A stretch of 64,000 nucleotides of DNA from contig CM075991.1 in assembly GCA_038087875.1 (NCBI GenBank), positions 12,154,001 through 12,218,000 of the forward strand. Reading direction: 5' to 3'. The notes under the pieces are model-generated. The model was not told the DNA's origin. It was given only the letters and a program-made list of their open reading frames with translations, and did not search any database. Both the position numbers and the translations under genes were made by a program. The number at the start of each line of letters is the position of its first letter. The stretch's first letter is position 1. Shown here in pieces: positions 58,116 to 64,000 of the stretch. The stretch is from Malacoraja senta (lineage: Eukaryota).

Positions 58116-59165
58116 GGTAACAACCACATTTCTGAGTGCACCAGGATTTTCCTCGTCCTGGTTCCCTGTGCACCCGCCACCTCCAATCAAACACAACTTG
58201 GCAGAAATGTTGCTAGTTTTATTTTACCAATGGCTGCAATATATAAAAAAATATGAACGTGTATTAATTTAAAAATGGAAACTCATATTCAGATTTTGGA
58301 AGTGAGCCGATATGCTCGCCTTCACATCTGGGAATTTCAGTTTTAACCACGCCTGAGGAAAATGCCGTGCAGTGTCAAGTGTAACACTATGGTTATTTGC
58401 ACTGTTGAGATCAGGGAATGATGTTCCCAGAAGATGGATGCTTCAGAGATATTAGAGCAGCCCATATCCAAGTCAATACCCAGAAGTGCTTTCGCTATCG
58501 CACCACTATGTTTTGTACTTGTTTTGTTTAATCAAATGATTAAAACACTACGTCAAAATAACAAAAGAACACAGAAATAAACATCTTACTATAGTATTTC
58601 ATTGCTTTAAACTATGCTGTGTACATGCTAAGAGCTCAAGGGACTAGTTTTTCATGTTCTGATGGATCATATTATCTTTGAACACCTACATTTACAAAGT
58701 ATGGCCTTGTACAATAGAAATGTGAAAAACAGGATTATTTAATTTTACAGTATGAAATCAAATTTGTGGAATGCAAAACTAAACTGCCCAGTGTCTGTAT
58801 AGAAACACAGCATCTAATATTGTGCAATTTGTCTGCCTCATTTTATAAAAGCGGCAGCATTACGTAGAAATCCCTGCTTTTATGTATTCTCTCCAATGGC
58901 TATAGGAAATAGATTGTAATTTTGTTTTTAAACACTGGACACAAAACTTGGCAGGCATCCAGCATCTTTAGACAGAAGCTTGGATGAGACAGATTTCCAT
59001 GATTTCTAAAAATGAACTACTTTCCTTTTAAAATAAATACAATGCAGTTGACATCTTTCATTGATCTGGCTTTGAAACAAACTTATTTAAGTAAACAAAG
59101 GCTTGACGTGTCCGCTGTGGTAGGAAACCACTGGCTATAGGTAGGAAGAGAGAGTCCCTTTCTGC
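55000..59165 (-). other. Probable long TIA1 3'UTR
   Basis: About 4 kb, AT-rich and free of recognisable transposons, downstream of the stop; minus-strand AATAAA near 56110, 55965, 55013 and 54692. The true end is not determinable. Confidence 0.5.
58083..58112. repeat. G30 homopolymer
   Basis: 30 consecutive G (C30 on the TIA1 mRNA strand). Confidence 0.95.
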
Positions 59166-63836
<4,671 letters not shown>

Positions 63837-64000
63837 CTGACATAAAATGGAAACAAGCCCTCAGAAATGGATGAAACAATCAAAGTACAGCATTTAGCAA
63901 CAAAGTTGGAGAAAGGTATTGGGTTTTTAGCATTGGGCATCAGCAAACACTTCCAGTAAATCTGACAAGGGTCTGCCACTCCAGTTCCTTCAGCGTGTCC

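Overview
Vertebrate nuclear DNA, almost certainly from an elasmobranch (skate/ray-like), inferred from HE1-type V-SINEs, CR1/HER1-type LINE ends, DeuSINE relics and Penelope-derived repeats. Four spliced protein-coding genes lie in tandem on the minus strand. I reconstructed them by hand from GT-AG junctions and frame continuity: the 3' half of TIA1 (6 exons plus a long 3'UTR), C2orf42 (7 coding exons), ANKRD39 (4 coding exons) and the first 19 exons of a type-1 ferlin most like FER1L5, which runs off the left edge. Introns hold a near full-length but frameshifted Tx1-clade retrotransposon, a non-autonomous Helitron, a TIR DNA element with a 7-bp TSD and many SINE/LINE fragments. The most striking signal is a ~140-bp retroposon present in two copies, each with an 11-bp TSD. 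Its first 54 nt fold into a complete HDV/CPEB3-like self-cleaving ribozyme, followed by a stem-loop and an (AAG)n tail. A second family, Penelope-derived and present in more than 10 copies, carries a minimal hammerhead ribozyme core. The CpG-island promoters of C2orf42 and the ferlin gene are both built from tandemly amplified transcription-factor modules. Gene names rest on remembered homology, not database searches.
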